Source: Octopus sinensis | Taxonomy: Eukaryota | NCBI RefSeq assembly: GCF_006345805.1 | Contig: NC_043004.1 | Coordinates: forward strand, 82,522,001-82,586,000 | Direction of reading: 5' to 3' | Length of the DNA: 64,000 nucleotides | Part shown: positions 1-13,400 of the stretch, piece by piece | How positions within the stretch are numbered: position 1 is the first letter of the stretch | Layout: each line of letters begins with the position of its first letter | Program-made: the position numbers and the translations under genes | The notes under the pieces: model-generated | What the model saw: only the letters and a program-made list of their open reading frames with translations | Told to the model about the DNA's origin: nothing | Databases searched by the model: none

Positions 1-1260
1 AAGATATCACTTATGAACATATCACTGAAATCTCTCAAATGTAAAAATATCTGTATCTCTGCCTTTTACATCCTGTGTCGTGTATATATGATTACAAACC
101 CCATTATATCTATGTATGCTATAATAGGATTGCTTCATAAATCTCATGAAAGATTTGTATTTATTTATTTATGCACTATTTTTTCAGTGTTTGCTCTCAC
201 TCTACTGTCTGATCAAATTCTTCCGAAAATTTAAAGACGAAGAAATACTCGGAATATTTACTGAACTCAAAATTGAAAAAGCCGATGAAAAATTCTATAA
301 CATTAACTTAATATTTTCTTTTATATCACTTTCTATAATTGTATTGCTGCCGCCAATTTTGCTCGCTCTCATGAGAATCGTTCTCACTATTCTCATGAAC
401 TCTGTTTCGAATTCCTCAACAAAATATTTAAGCAGCATCGAAACTCGTGAATTTAATACTTCAGTAATTTGCACTTTATTTGATTGCATATTTTTTACGT
501 GCTTACTCTATGATTGGTATATCAATATGGCAATTGGAACTGCACTGCAGTATGAGTTTAATAAAGTAGTGAGCGAGGCTGAGAAATACCTAAAAGAAAA
601 GCATTCGAATACTTCGTATTTCTTTAAGAAATATAAAGAGATTCCAGAAATATGTAACTCACATAATACTCTGAGTAAAACATTGAATTTAGTAAATGAA
701 TCATTTCAACTGACTTTGGGACTTATCGTACTCTTTAGTATTACTGGATGTTGTGTTGCTACGTATATAATTATAAATATTTCATACAAAATTATACTCA
801 CTTATTAGGTTTCCATTATGTTTGTGGCTTCGTTGAACATGATTCTTCTGATCACAACGATGAAGATTGGAGTTCGTTTAAACAAATCGGTAAGTTATAT
901 AATAATATATACTCGTTCTTTTTCTTCATTTCTATTTTACATATTACATCATAAAAGATGTCGAATATGTTATCCAAATTTCCTCGGAGTTTTAAATTTA
1001 TGTGATATCATCTACCGATATCCGTCTTGCATCTTTTGATTCCCAAATGTGAACATGAGATACAGGTAAAAAAATGGACAAAAATCTCTCATCATTACCA
1101 CCAGGTCTATTATTTCTACCACCATCTAATTTTCTTCTCATTCCATCATTCAGACACACTTTCTCTCTCTTTGACTTTGCAACAGTTCTTTGTGAAAGGT
1201 GTCAGGGATGCCACACAAGATCTCGCTTATCTAAGAAATGATGAGTGTTTGTGTGAATAG
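1..1260 (+). pseudogene. GR/GRL-like multi-TM receptor copy A1 (5' end cut by the window; frameshift and premature stop)
   Basis: ORFs 13..234, 146..808 and 818..1039 are consecutive parts of the family protein. An extra TTTA near 160 shifts the frame, and TAT-TAG at 803-808 replaces TAT-TAC. GTAAGT at 890; pyrimidine tract plus CAG ending at 1185; putative last exon 1186..1260. Confidence 0.8.
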
Positions 1261-1639
1261 TTAAAAATCTGTTCACATGGACGCGCTATTGGCCAATGCT
1301 AGTAATGGTTTTATTTCTAGCAGACAATGTTACGATATTCTAAGAATTCAATAATAAGTGATCTCTTCAACAGAAATATTTGAAGACGTCGTTTAAAAAT
1401 TAATAATGCTCCACTGATGTTTTTGGATTTCCCAGAAGTTTTATTTTCTTTTTTGGGTCACGTATTTATTTCTTATTTCCTTATTTCTTTACTTCCTTCT
1501 GTTTTTTGTTTTTCTTTCTTTCTTCTGTTGAACCTGCTCTTCCTCGTCCTCTTCCTTCACCGAGTTATTCTACTAATTAAAAACAGCAACCACAAGAACA
1601 ACTAAATAAAAACTACCAACAACAGCAACAATAATAATC

Positions 1640-1758
1640 CTACTTAAATCACTTTCAATACAGTCACCATAGGAGCACCGCAATAAACCATAACACTTAA
1701 CCTAGGCACACACAGCTCCGTTTTGTAGTGCAGTGAACGCGCGTGATAAAAAAAGCCA

Positions 1759-1762
<4 letters not shown>
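1640..1762 (+). mobile_element. Old 3'-end fossil of an R4/Dong-type retrotransposon
   Basis: Similar to the 3' UTR of the Dong copies at 6200-6310 (..cacttaacctaggcacacacagctcc..gtgaacgcgcgtgataaaa..cactgAATAAT). Homologues at about 29975-30097, 43745-43865 and 53480-53597. Confidence 0.65.
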
Positions 1763-1817
<55 letters not shown>

Positions 1818-1950
1818 TGATGATGATAATAATAATAATGATAATAATAATAATAATGATAAAAATAATAATAACAATAATATTAATAATAATAAAAATA
1901 TAATAATAATAATTATGATAATAATAATAATGATAATATTAATAATAATA
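1762..1950 (+). repeat. (AAT)n/(GAT)n compound microsatellite
   Basis: Direct reading of the sequence. Confidence 0.97.
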
Positions 1951-4900
1951 TGAAGCCAAAGATTTACTAACAAAGATTTAGATTTACTAACAAAGAATTG
2001 GACTGTATCCGAGTAAGTAATATTAATTGAAACGTATTACTATTTTCGACACGAAATGATGTATTTTGACTCGATATCATCTCCACCTCTAACACAACAC
2101 ATGTAAACATGCGTGGAACATCACGATCATCCCCGACCCCAAACACCATGTACAAAGGAACTACGAAGAAATTAAATGCCACCGATACTATTCAACCCAA
2201 GAATAACAATCGAGCGGTACGTACATTAAACTTACAACAAAAAATGTACGAAAAACTACACGCGCGAAATAATGTGACAACAGAAATAAACGGACCGGTA
2301 CCCTACGAAAATGACGACCGTCAAAATAATGGGCCGGACGTTGTACCTCATGTCCCGCAAATAAAACCCAAAAGACGTAAATGGACACGTGAGGAATACA
2401 TTTCTATCTTACACGCATACTTCACAGCAGTGCTCTACGCAAAAAATGAAAATACAACAACACATACATATAAAATATGGAAGGAAAATAATAGAGATAT
2501 AGACTTGGATACAGCAATGAACCCTAATAAATTAGCTAACGTACGAAGATACATTCTCAACACAAAAAAATATCAGAAATAGAAATAGAACATCTAAGAG
2601 AAAAAATACACCAGGAAAATGTAGATAGAAGCCACACAACAATGCCCAATAATATAAACACTGAAACTGTAAAACACGAAGACAAACGCAACATTCCCAA
2701 CAAACACGATGTAAACAACGAAGGGGAGCCTAATGATAAATGATAATATAAAAAATAAAATAATCAAGGAACTGAACTGAAAACCACAGAGCTCAAAATG
2801 GACCACCGACCATACCTCCCAAGAATCAAAATAGACGAAATAACAACACCAATTATAAACAGCATAAACCTAACCGTCACGGAACTAATAGCCACTGAAA
2901 CAAAAAAAAGTGATATCACTGAGCTAAATGACTTAATATACGCAGCAGCCACTGCAGCCACAAAAGAAGCTGGATACTCACTCAAACCCGCCCAAACAGG
3001 AGTACCACCACCCTAACAAACCCTGTGGATAAATAACAGAAATAGAAATAGAACATTTAAAAGAAAAAATACACCAGGAAAATGTAGATAGAAGCCACAC
3101 AACAATGCCCAATAATATAAACACTGAAACTGTAAAACACGAAGACAAACGCAACATTCCCAACAAACACGATGTAAACAACGAAGGGGAGCCTAATGAT
3201 TATGATAATATAAAAAATAAAATAATCAAAGAACTGAAAACAACAGAGCCCAAAATGGACCACCGACCATACCTCCCAAGAATCAAAATAAAAGAAATAA
3301 CAACACCAATTATAAACAGCATAAACCTAGCCGTCACTGAACTAGCCACTGAAACAAAAAAAAAGTGATATCACTGAGCTAAATGACTTGATATACGCAG
3401 CAGCCACTGCAGCCACAAAAGAAGCTGGATACTCACCCAAACCCGCCCAAACAGGAGTACCACCACCCAAACAAACCCTGTGGATAAATAACATCCAAAA
3501 CAAAATAAAAAAAAAAGATCTGTCGATTCTTAATGAAATCAGCAAACAATCAACGCTACTGAGCAACAAAAAGAAAACAAAAATACTCCGCAAATATAAC
3601 ATCACAGAGGAAGATTTGCCTGAGATAAAAGAAAAGCTGAAGCAAGATATCCTTGTCAAAGCACAAAGGATCCGCCGGTACGAGAAACGCCAACGCTTCA
3701 TTGAACAAAACAAAAAGTTCAACTCCAACCCCAAAAAGTTCTACCAAGAACTGGGCAAAAATAAAATAGAAGTCATTGCAGCACCAACGGCAGAAGAAGT
3801 GGAAGAATTCTGGAGAGAAGTATGGTCGGCGAACGAACAGCCAAAAAAAAGGAGTATCAAAATAACAAACTCGGCATTTGAACAACTTTGGACCCTCATA
3901 ACAACTGAAGAGGTTACCCAGGCACTGCAAAGACTAAGCAACTGGAAGGCTCCTGGGCATGACAAGATCCCCAACTTCTGGTTGAAATATCTAACAGGAA
4001 TGCACAAAAAGCTGGCTGAAAACTTTAACAACATACTAGCAGAGCCAGAGACAATGCCTGAATGGCTCAGGAAGGGGAAAACCATCTTAATTCCCAAATC
4101 AAATGAAACAGCAAAGCCAGAAAACTACAGACCAATAACCTGCCTCCCTACTATGTTCAAGGCATTTACTGCAGTGATATTGCAAAGGCTGAACAAGCAC
4201 CTGGACGAAAACAAACTGTTCCCAGAAGAGCAGAAAGGATGCCGCAAAGGCTCATATGGCTGTAAAGATCAACTAATGATTAATAAAGCCGTAACTGAAG
4301 ACAGCCACAGAAAGAAGAAAGGCCTCAGTATGGCCTGGATTGATTACAAAAAGGCGTTTGATAGCATCCCCCACACATGGATCCTCGAAACACTAGCCAT
4401 TAACAAAGTAGCACCAACAATCATAAAATTCATAGCGCACTCTATGAATAAATGGCAAACAGTCCTACACCTACAAAGAAAAAAGGGACTCATAAAAACC
4501 AAAGACATCCCCATTAGAAGAGGAATATTCCAGGGAGACACGCTCTCTCCACTCCTTTTCTGCTTGGCACTGTCACCTCTATCTGATATACTAAATAGAA
4601 CTGGATGCGGATATAAATGTTACGGCAAAACGATCAGCCACCTTTTATATATGGATGACCTCAAACTATACGCTGCAAATGACAAACAGCTGGAAACACT
4701 ATTAAAGACAGTTCATGGATTTACCAAAGAAATAGATATGAAATTTGGATTAGAAAAATGCGCCAAAGTAACCATGAAAAGAGGAAAACTAGTTAAGAGT
4801 AACAACATCACACTAGATAAAACCAATGAAATAAAAGAATTAGACCAAAGCCAAACTTACAAATACTTAGGAATCCATGAACTAGATAAGACACAACACA

Positions 4901-6307
4901 CACAAATGAAAGAGAAAATAAAAAAAGAATATTATAGACGTGTTAGATCAATACTAAAATCAGAGCTCAATGCTAAAAACAAGTGAATAGGTATCAAGAC
5001 TTTAGCTGTTCCAGTTATAAGTTACAGCTACAATATCCTTAACTGGACACGAACTGAACTGACCAAAATAGATAGGAAAACAAGAAAAATAATGACAGGA
5101 TCTAGGATCCATCACCCAAAATCTGACATAGAAAGACTATATATACAACGTATAGAAGGTGGTAGAGGCCTTATACAGCTGGAAAACTACTATAAAATAA
5201 CCACCATAGGACTGCAAAAATATCTACTTCAGAAGGGAGGAAAACTGATCCAGATAGCGGCAAAACACGAGCAAAACAAAAGACTTTTCTCAGTATTTAA
5301 GGAAGCTGACAAATACAAACAAGAAATCATACCACCTAATAAACATGAAGAAGAAGAAGAAGAAGAAGATGAAGAAACAACAAAAGCTATAAAACAAATG
5401 AAATCCAAACTAAAAATAGAACAGCAACGAACCATGATAAAACGATGGCAAGAAAAGCCCCTTCATGGTAAATATTGCACTAAACTAAACGCAAAAGAAA
5501 TAGACAAAGAAAAATCCCAGCAATGGTTGAGAAGCTCAGGACTCAAAGCAGAAACAGAGGGATTTTTAATTGCAGCACAAGACCAAAGCCTCCCCACCAG
5601 AAATTATTAAAAACATGTAATGAAAAGAAATATTACAAGTAACTGCAGAATATGTGGAGATGGACAAGAAACAATAAATCATATTATCTCTAGCTGCTCA
5701 GTCCTGGCTAAGAAGGAATATATTCACAGACATGACAGAGTTGGAACCTACATACATTGGAAGCTATGCCAACATTATGGAATAACAACAGAAAAAAGAT
5801 GGTATAGCCACACACCAGAAAATGTCACAGAAAACGAGAAAGCAACCATACTCTGGGATATGTCGATACACACAGATAGGGAAATTAAGGCCAACAGACC
5901 AGATATAGTTGTCAGAGATCATGAAGAAAAAAAATGCTTTCTAATTGATGTATCAACACCGGCAGATGACAACGTGTCTCTAAAAGAAATGGAGAAACTC
6001 TCAAAATACAAAGACCTGGAAATAGAGGTAAGTAGAATGTGGAATCTGAAAACAGAAACAATTCCTATCATAGTAGGTGCATTAGGCATGATAAAAAAAT
6101 ATTCAGACAAATACATAGCAAAAACACCAGGACTTACAAACACATATAACATACAGAAAATTGCACTACTAGGCACTGCACACATCCTACGCAGAACACT
6201 TTCCATACAATAACCATCAGAGCATCACAACAAATCACAGCACATACCCAAGGCACACAGAGCTGCGCTCGGTAGTGAAGTGAAAGCACGCTATAAAAAT
6301 AAAACTA

Positions 6308-6310
<3 letters not shown>
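1951..6310 (+). mobile_element. R4/Dong-clade RLE non-LTR retrotransposon E1 (near full length, inactivated)
   Basis: ORFs 3388..4986, 5092..5610 and 5620..6213 share one frame, broken by TGA at 4984 and TAA at 5608. RT motifs [34 protein letters not shown]; CCHC knuckle CRICGDGQETINHIISSC; RHD, RPDIVV..LID and KLSKY endonuclease motifs. Flanked by (AAT)n. About 460 bp internal duplication (2576-3036 vs 3037-3490). Confidence 0.92.
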
Positions 6311-6380
<70 letters not shown>

Positions 6381-6388
6381 TAATAATA

Positions 6389-6919
6389 GTGTTATCATGT
6401 ACATTGTTTTGTCTTGGTGGAAGTGTTATCATGTACATTGTTTTGTCTTGGTATAAAAGATGGGCTACAGCAAATATTCTGCTCAATACCATAGATTTGC
6501 TTGTCAGTTGTTTGACCGTAACCAGTTGAGCATGTCCCTTAGTGGCTGACGATATGAGCATCTTTGATCACGAGCAGAAGTAGTGGGGGAGCATCATAGC
6601 CATGTGTTGAGAGGGATTCTTTGGGGTTTGAATAGTTCACCTCTGGAAACATAGGTGGTTCTTTCAACATCCTTAAACAACCCTTATTCAGGGACCGTTT
6701 GAGCGGGATGGGCTACTCAACCTGACGAAAATTCTAACTGGGCCCCACCTGCAAGTTCATGTGCTGTCTATCTTGATATGAGATCACCATGTCGCGCACA
6801 TATGGTTGTGATGCATGTGCCTTGTGTACCTTTATCAGACGGGTAGTCATGATGGGTATATTGGGCTTCGTATATTTTACCCCAGTGTCATTTTGATGGC
6901 ATGAACTGCTCTCTCACTC

Positions 6920-6965
<46 letters not shown>
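6389..6965 (+). mobile_element. 3'-terminal fragment of an interspersed repeat ending in an (AAT)n tail
   Basis: Non-coding block between two AAT arrays, ending ctctctcactc-(AAT)n, with a short tandem duplication (gttatcatgtacattgttttgtcttggt x2) at its 5' junction. Resembles a common octopus repeat (recall, not searched). Confidence 0.5.
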
Positions 6966-6969
<4 letters not shown>

Positions 6970-6999
6970 TTATTATTATTATTATTCATAAACAATACA

Positions 7000-7660
7000 G
7001 AACATCCCTTTCTTAATTTTTCTTAATGTTAGTAGTAGTAGTAGACATTTGAACCTCTTTTGACCGATAGGACCCTACCTAAAAAATTTTTTTTAATATC
7101 ACAGATGATGATGGTGCTGATGGTGATGGTGATGATGGTGATGATGATAATAATGATAGTAATATTGCTGATAGTCGATCTATCTATCTACACACACGTA
7201 CACACACACATACAAACACACACACACTCACAGAGTTCAGCCAACACAAACCTTACCTCGGCTCTTTAGATGTTAACCAAATATGAAAGTATTATTTGAC
7301 AGGCAAGAATTCTGGCGTTGAAGACAGCCAGCCAGCCAACCACCCAGTCAGCCAACGAGACAGACAGACACTACTGTGATGGTGATAATGATAAAAACAA
7401 AAATAACAATAATAAGATACTGCCGTGACTACACATAAAACAATATCATTGATGATGATGATGAAGATGATGGTGATGGTGATGATGATAATGATGATAG
7501 TAATAGTGGTGATAATGATAATAGTGATAATAATGGTGATGATAATAACAATATTAATCCAACTACGGCTGCTATAATGGTACGATTATAATTGTAACGG
7601 CAATGATGGCCGTCTCCCCACGAGCCAATCAAAGCTCAAAAATGATAACATTATCGTAGC
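7000..7660. repeat. Cluster of degenerate microsatellites (TAG, GAT/GGT, CA, AGCC)
   Basis: Direct reading of the sequence. Confidence 0.85.
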
Positions 7661-7699
7661 ACCAAAATGTTTTTAGAAACTAAAAGGGAAACTAAATCA

Positions 7700-10362
7700 G
7701 TATACCAAATCACTTGTCCTATGGTTAATCTGGAAGCGCGTCCCCCAGGGAAGAGCCAGCCTGGGATCGAAGAATTTCAAAACTTTTGGAAAAGGATTTG
7801 GAGTGACAAGAAGACGTACAACATAAATGCAGACTGGATTATACAAACAGAAGGATCCTACCAAAATTTACAACAACAAGCATGGGAAGACATCACAATA
7901 GCAGACCTAAGAAAGGCACTCACGAAAGCCCATAATTGGAAATACCCCGGTAAAGATAGGGTGCCGAATTTCTGGCTCGCATCGCTCCCATGCGCATCGG
8001 TAAACTAGTTCAGCTGCTCAATGGAATTATGAGAGACCCAAAGAAAACACCTGAATGGTTAGCAAATGGTATTACTTACCTACTCCCAAAGAATAACGAA
8101 ACCAACCTTCCAAAAAACTATCGGCCTATAACCTGTCTATCCACCACGTATAAAATCCTAACATCTATCCTGGCGGAGAAAACATGCATTCATGGAGAAG
8201 AACGATATTTTTCACATTGAATAAAAAGGGTGCCGCCGAGGCTCATACGGATGCAAAGATCAACTGATAATTAATAGTATGATCCTTGAGAACTGTCACA
8301 AACAGCGCAGAAATCTCAGCTCCGCATGGATTGACTACAAAAAGGCCTTCGACAGTATACCACATCCATGGATCTTGAGATCGCTGGACATCTTCAAAAT
8401 TTCCTCTGTGATTTCAAGCTTCCTGAAGCACAATATGTCGTTGTGGAATACGAATCTCCAATTATACCACTCTAATGGAGTACTTGCCTCAGAAAATATA
8501 AACATCAACTGTGGAATTTTTCAAGGTGACTCACTTTCACCTTTAATATTCTGCATAGCCCTAATACCCCTTATAAGTGAATTAAACAGAACAAGGTATG
8601 GGTATAAAATTGACAATAAAAAAATAAGCCATCTATTTTATATGGATGACTTAAAACTCTATACGATAGAACTGTAAGACGATAATGAACTTGAAGGCCT
8701 ATTGCGCACTGTGAAAGCATTCAGCGATGACATCGGGATGGAGTTTGGACTTGAGAAGTGTGCCAAGGCCATTTTCCATAAAGGGAAAGTGAAGACCACA
8801 AATTCAGTCGTGTTAGATGTTGACACGTCATAAGAGAGCTTGGGAAAGAACAAACATACAAATATTTAGGGATAAATGAAGGCTCCGGTATTCAGCATGC
8901 AAGCATGAAAGAGAAGATCAGGAAGGAATGTTATAGGAGAGTTCATGCAGTCCTGAAATCTGAACTAAATGCACGTAATAAAGTGTTAGCTATATAGTCC
9001 TTAGCAGTTCCAGTTGTTACTTATAGCTATAATGTGTTGAACAGGAATATGAGTGAAGTAAAGAATATTGATAGGAAAATAGGCAAGCTGCTGAGTTGTA
9101 ATAGCATGCACCACCCAAAGGCAGACGTAGATCGCCTTTACCTTCCCAGAGCACAAGGAGGTCGAGGCCTGATCTAATTTGAACTAGCTTACAAAACAAC
9201 CACAATTGGACTGGCCAAATATCTCGAAATAACGAATGACTGGATGCTAAAGCTCGTGGAAAATCACGAGAGACGAAAGAAGCTTCATTCTATTATAAAG
9301 GAAAGCAAAAAATTTGCTATTGATCTCGTGCAGGATACCCAAACTGAACAACCCGAGGGAAGTACGGCAACTATTGTTGCAAAGAAGGTGAAAATAATTG
9401 CAACGAAAAAAGCGCACGAGCAATTGGCTGATAGGTGGGAGGAGAAACCTCTGCACGGCAAATATGTGGCCCGCATCAAACAAGCTGATGTTGACCAGAA
9501 GCAAACCCATCAGTGGCTACGGAGTTCAAGGCTAAAAGCAGAGAGCGAATGTTTCATCCTGGCTGCTGAAGATCAAAGCCTATTAACCCGGAACTACCAG
9601 GCCAATGTGATGAAAAATGGAGCAGACTCAAAATTCCGATTCTGCAACGACATGATTGAAACAGTGGACCACCGAATCTCTGGATGTAAAGTCTTAGCAC
9701 CAGTGGAGTATAAATTAAGACATGACAGAGTTGGCCAATATCTACACTGGCTAATAAGTCGGCATTACAATATCAAAACTGCCGACAAGTGGTATAATCA
9801 CCATTCTGAAGCTGTAACTTAAGGAGAAAATGTAACGATTCTGTGGGACTTTCCAGTACATACAGACCGAACCATCAAAGCCAATAAACCAGATATTGTT
9901 GTGAAAGACCAAAACAATAAAGTTTGCTTATTGATCGACATGAGCATCCCCTGTGATCATAATATCTCGGCGAAAGAGTTTGACAAGCTCAGAAAATATA
10001 AAGACCTGCTCATTGAAATTGAGAAAAGGTGGCATCTCAAGGCGGTTACAATACCAGTGATCGTAGGAGCACTAGGAATGATCAAGAAGGGAACCGAAAA
10101 TTATATGAGAATGATCCCAGGCTTACCATCCCTGCAAGAAGTGCAAAAGATTGTCTTAACTGGCACATCACACGTATTGAGGAGAGCATTGTCGATGTGA
10201 GAACTATTACTACCCATGTATTTAAATTTAACTTAAAAAAATGAACGAACTAGTGAGTTTAGTTTAATTGCCTACCAATGTATACTATGAGCTTCTTTGC
10301 CCTAGAAGTCGGGAAGACTCGACAAGAAATGGAAGCAAAATTGAAAGAAGGAAAAAAAGAGA
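7700..10362 (+). mobile_element. 5'-truncated, degenerate R4/Dong-clade element E2 (second family)
   Basis: Fragmented ORFs 7990..8220, 8279..8677 ([26 protein letters not shown]), 9244..9822 (RHD) and 9901..10200 (LLIDMSIP, KLRKYKDL). Ends at (AAT)n 10362-10450. Confidence 0.88.
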
Positions 10363-10373
10363 TAATAATAATA

Positions 10374-10450
<77 letters not shown>

Positions 10451-10452
<2 letters not shown>

Positions 10453-13400
10453 GAGAGAACACCGGGGGACGTTTAAGAGAAGAGAGAACACCGGGGGACG
10501 TTTAAGAGAAGAGAGAACACCGGGGGACGTTTAAGATGTAAGAAGGAAAATACAGAGCTCCGAAATCTATCCACAAACATCGAAAACAAGGACATCCTAT
10601 GGAGCCAAATATTTACTATCAAAGAATTGGACTGTATCCGAGTAAGTAATACGAATTGAAATTTATTACTATTTTCGAAACGAAATGATGTATTTTGACT
10701 CGATATCATCTCCACCTCTAACACAACACATGTAAACACGCGTGGAACATCACTATCATCCCCGACCCCAAACACCATGTACAAAGGAACTACGAAGAAA
10801 TTAAATGCCACCGATACTATTCAACCCAAGAATAACATTAAACTTACAACAAAAAATGTACGAAAAACTACACGTGCGAAATAATGTGACAACAGAAATA
10901 AACGAACCGGTACCCTACGAAAATGACGACCGTCAAAATAATGGGCCGGACGTTGTACCTCATGACCCGCAAATAAAACCCAAAAGACGTAAATGGACAC
11001 GTGAGGAATACATTTCTATCTTACACGCATACTTCACAGCAATGCTCTACCCAAAAAATGAAAATACAACAACACATACATATAAAATATGGAAGGAAAA
11101 TAATAGAGATATAGACTTGGATACAGCAATGAACACTAACAAATTAGCTAACGTACGAAGATACATTCTCAACACAAAAAAATATCAGAAATAGAAATAG
11201 AACATTTAAAAGAAAAAATACACCAGGAAAATGTAGATAGAAGCCACACAACAATGCCCAATAATATAAACACTGAAACAGTAAAACACGAAGACAAACG
11301 CAACATTCCCAACAAACACGATGTAAACAACGAAGGGGAGCCTAATGATTATGATAATATAAAAAATAAAATAATCAAAGAACTGAAAACAACAGAGCCC
11401 AAAATGGACCACCGACCATACCTCCCAAGAATCAAAATAAAAGAAATAACAACACCAATTATAAATAGCATAAACCTAGCCGTCACTGAACTAGCCACTG
11501 AAACAAAAAAAAAGTGATATCACTGAGCTAAATGACTTAATATACGCAGCAGCCACTGCAGCCACAAAAGAAGCTGGATACTCACCCAAACCCGCCCAAA
11601 CAGGAGTACCACCACCCAAACAAACCCTGTGGATAAATAACATCCAAAACAAACTAAAAAAAAAAGATCTGTCGATTCTTAATGAAATCAGCAAACAATC
11701 AACGCTACTGAGCAACAAAAAGAAAACAAAAATACTCCGCAAATATAACATCACAGAGAAAGATTTGCCTGAGATAAAAGAAAAGCTGAAGCAAGATATC
11801 CTTGTCAAAGCACAAAGGATCCGCCGGTACGAGAAACGCCAACGCTTCATTGAACAAAACAAAAAGTTCAACTCCAACCCCAAAAAGTTCTACCAAGAAC
11901 TGGGCAAAATTAAATAGAAGTCACTGCAGCACCAACGGCAGAAGAATTGGAAGAATTCTGGAGAGAAATATGGTCGGCGAACGAACAGCCAAAAAAAAGG
12001 AGTATCAAAATAACAAACTCGGCATCTGAACAACTTTGGACCCCCATAACAACTGAAGAGGTCACCCAGGCACTGCAAAAACTAAGCAACTGGAAGGCAC
12101 CTGGGCATGACAAGATCCCCAACTTCTGGTTGAAATATCTAACAGGAATGCACAAAAAGCTGGCTGAAAACTTTAACAGCATACTAGCAGAGCCAGAGAC
12201 AATGCCTGAATGGCTCAGGAAGGGGAAAACAATCTTAATTCCCAAATCAAATGAAACAGCAAAACCAGAAAACTACAGACCAATAACCTGCCTCCCTACT
12301 ATGTTCAAGGCATTTACTGCCGTGATATCGCAAAGGCTGAACAAGCACCTGGACGAAAACAAACTGTTCCCAGAAGAGCAGAAAGGATGCCGCAAAGGCT
12401 CATATGGCTGTAAAGATCAACTAATGATTAATAAAGCCGTAACTGAAGATAGCCACAGAAAGAAGAAAGTCCTCAGTATAGCCTGGATTGACTACAAAAA
12501 GGCGTTTGATAGCATCCCCCACACATGGATCTTCGAAACACTAGCAATTAACAAAGTAGCACCAACAATCATAAAATTCATAGCGCACTCTATGAATAAA
12601 TGGCAAACAGTCCTACACCTACAAAGAAAAAAGGGACACATGAAAACCAAAGACATCCCCATTAGAAGAGGAATATTCCAGGGAGACACGCTCTCTCCAT
12701 TCCTTTTCTGCTTGGCACTGTCACCTCTATCTGATATACTAAATAGAACTGGATGCGGATATAAATGTTACGGCAAAACGATCAGCCACCTTTTATATAT
12801 GGATGACCTCAAACTATACGCTGCAAATGACAAACAGCTGGAAACACTATTAAAGACAGTTCATGGATTTACCAAAGAAATAGATATGAAATTTGGATTA
12901 GAAAAATGCGCCAAAGTAACCATGAAAAGAGGAAAACTAGTTAAGAGTAACGACATCACACTAGATAAAACCAATGAAATAAAAGAATTAGACCAAAGCC
13001 AAACTTACAAATACTTAGGAATCCATGAACTAGATAAGACACAACACACACAAATGAAAGAGAAAATAAAAAAAGAATATTATAGACGAGTTAGATCAAT
13101 ACTAAAAACAGAGCTCAATGCTAGATAGCAGCAAAACACGAGCAAAACAGAAAACTGTTCTCAGTATTTAAGGAAGCTGACAAATACAAACCAAAAATCA
13201 TATCACCTAATAAGCATGAAGAAGAAGAAGAAGAAGAAGAAGAAGAAGAAGAAGAAGAAGAAGAAGAAGAAGAAGAAGAAGAAGAAGAAGAAGAAGAAAA
13301 GAAGAAGAAGAAGCTGAAGAAGAAGAAGTTGATGAAGAAACAACAAAAGCTATAAAACAAATGAAATCCAAACTAAAAATAGAACAGCAACGAACAATGA

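Noticed and set aside
958-1065. Internal exon bounded by aaaag| and CAG|GTAAAA
   Set aside because: The donor-like site is conserved, but the only frame open at the donor has a TGA after the candidate acceptor in A1 and A2, and no later AG is available.
1417-1605. Hydrophobic ORF MFLDFPEVLFSFLGHVFISY.. (also 29752..29940) as the missing TM7 exon
   Set aside because: It loosely resembles a GR TM7, but the region is T-rich, has indels between copies, is absent in the x-flank copies A2 and A5, and has no convincing in-frame acceptor.
10451-10537. CRISPR-like array
   Set aside because: The units are head-to-tail with no spacers, the context is eukaryotic, and there are no cas genes.
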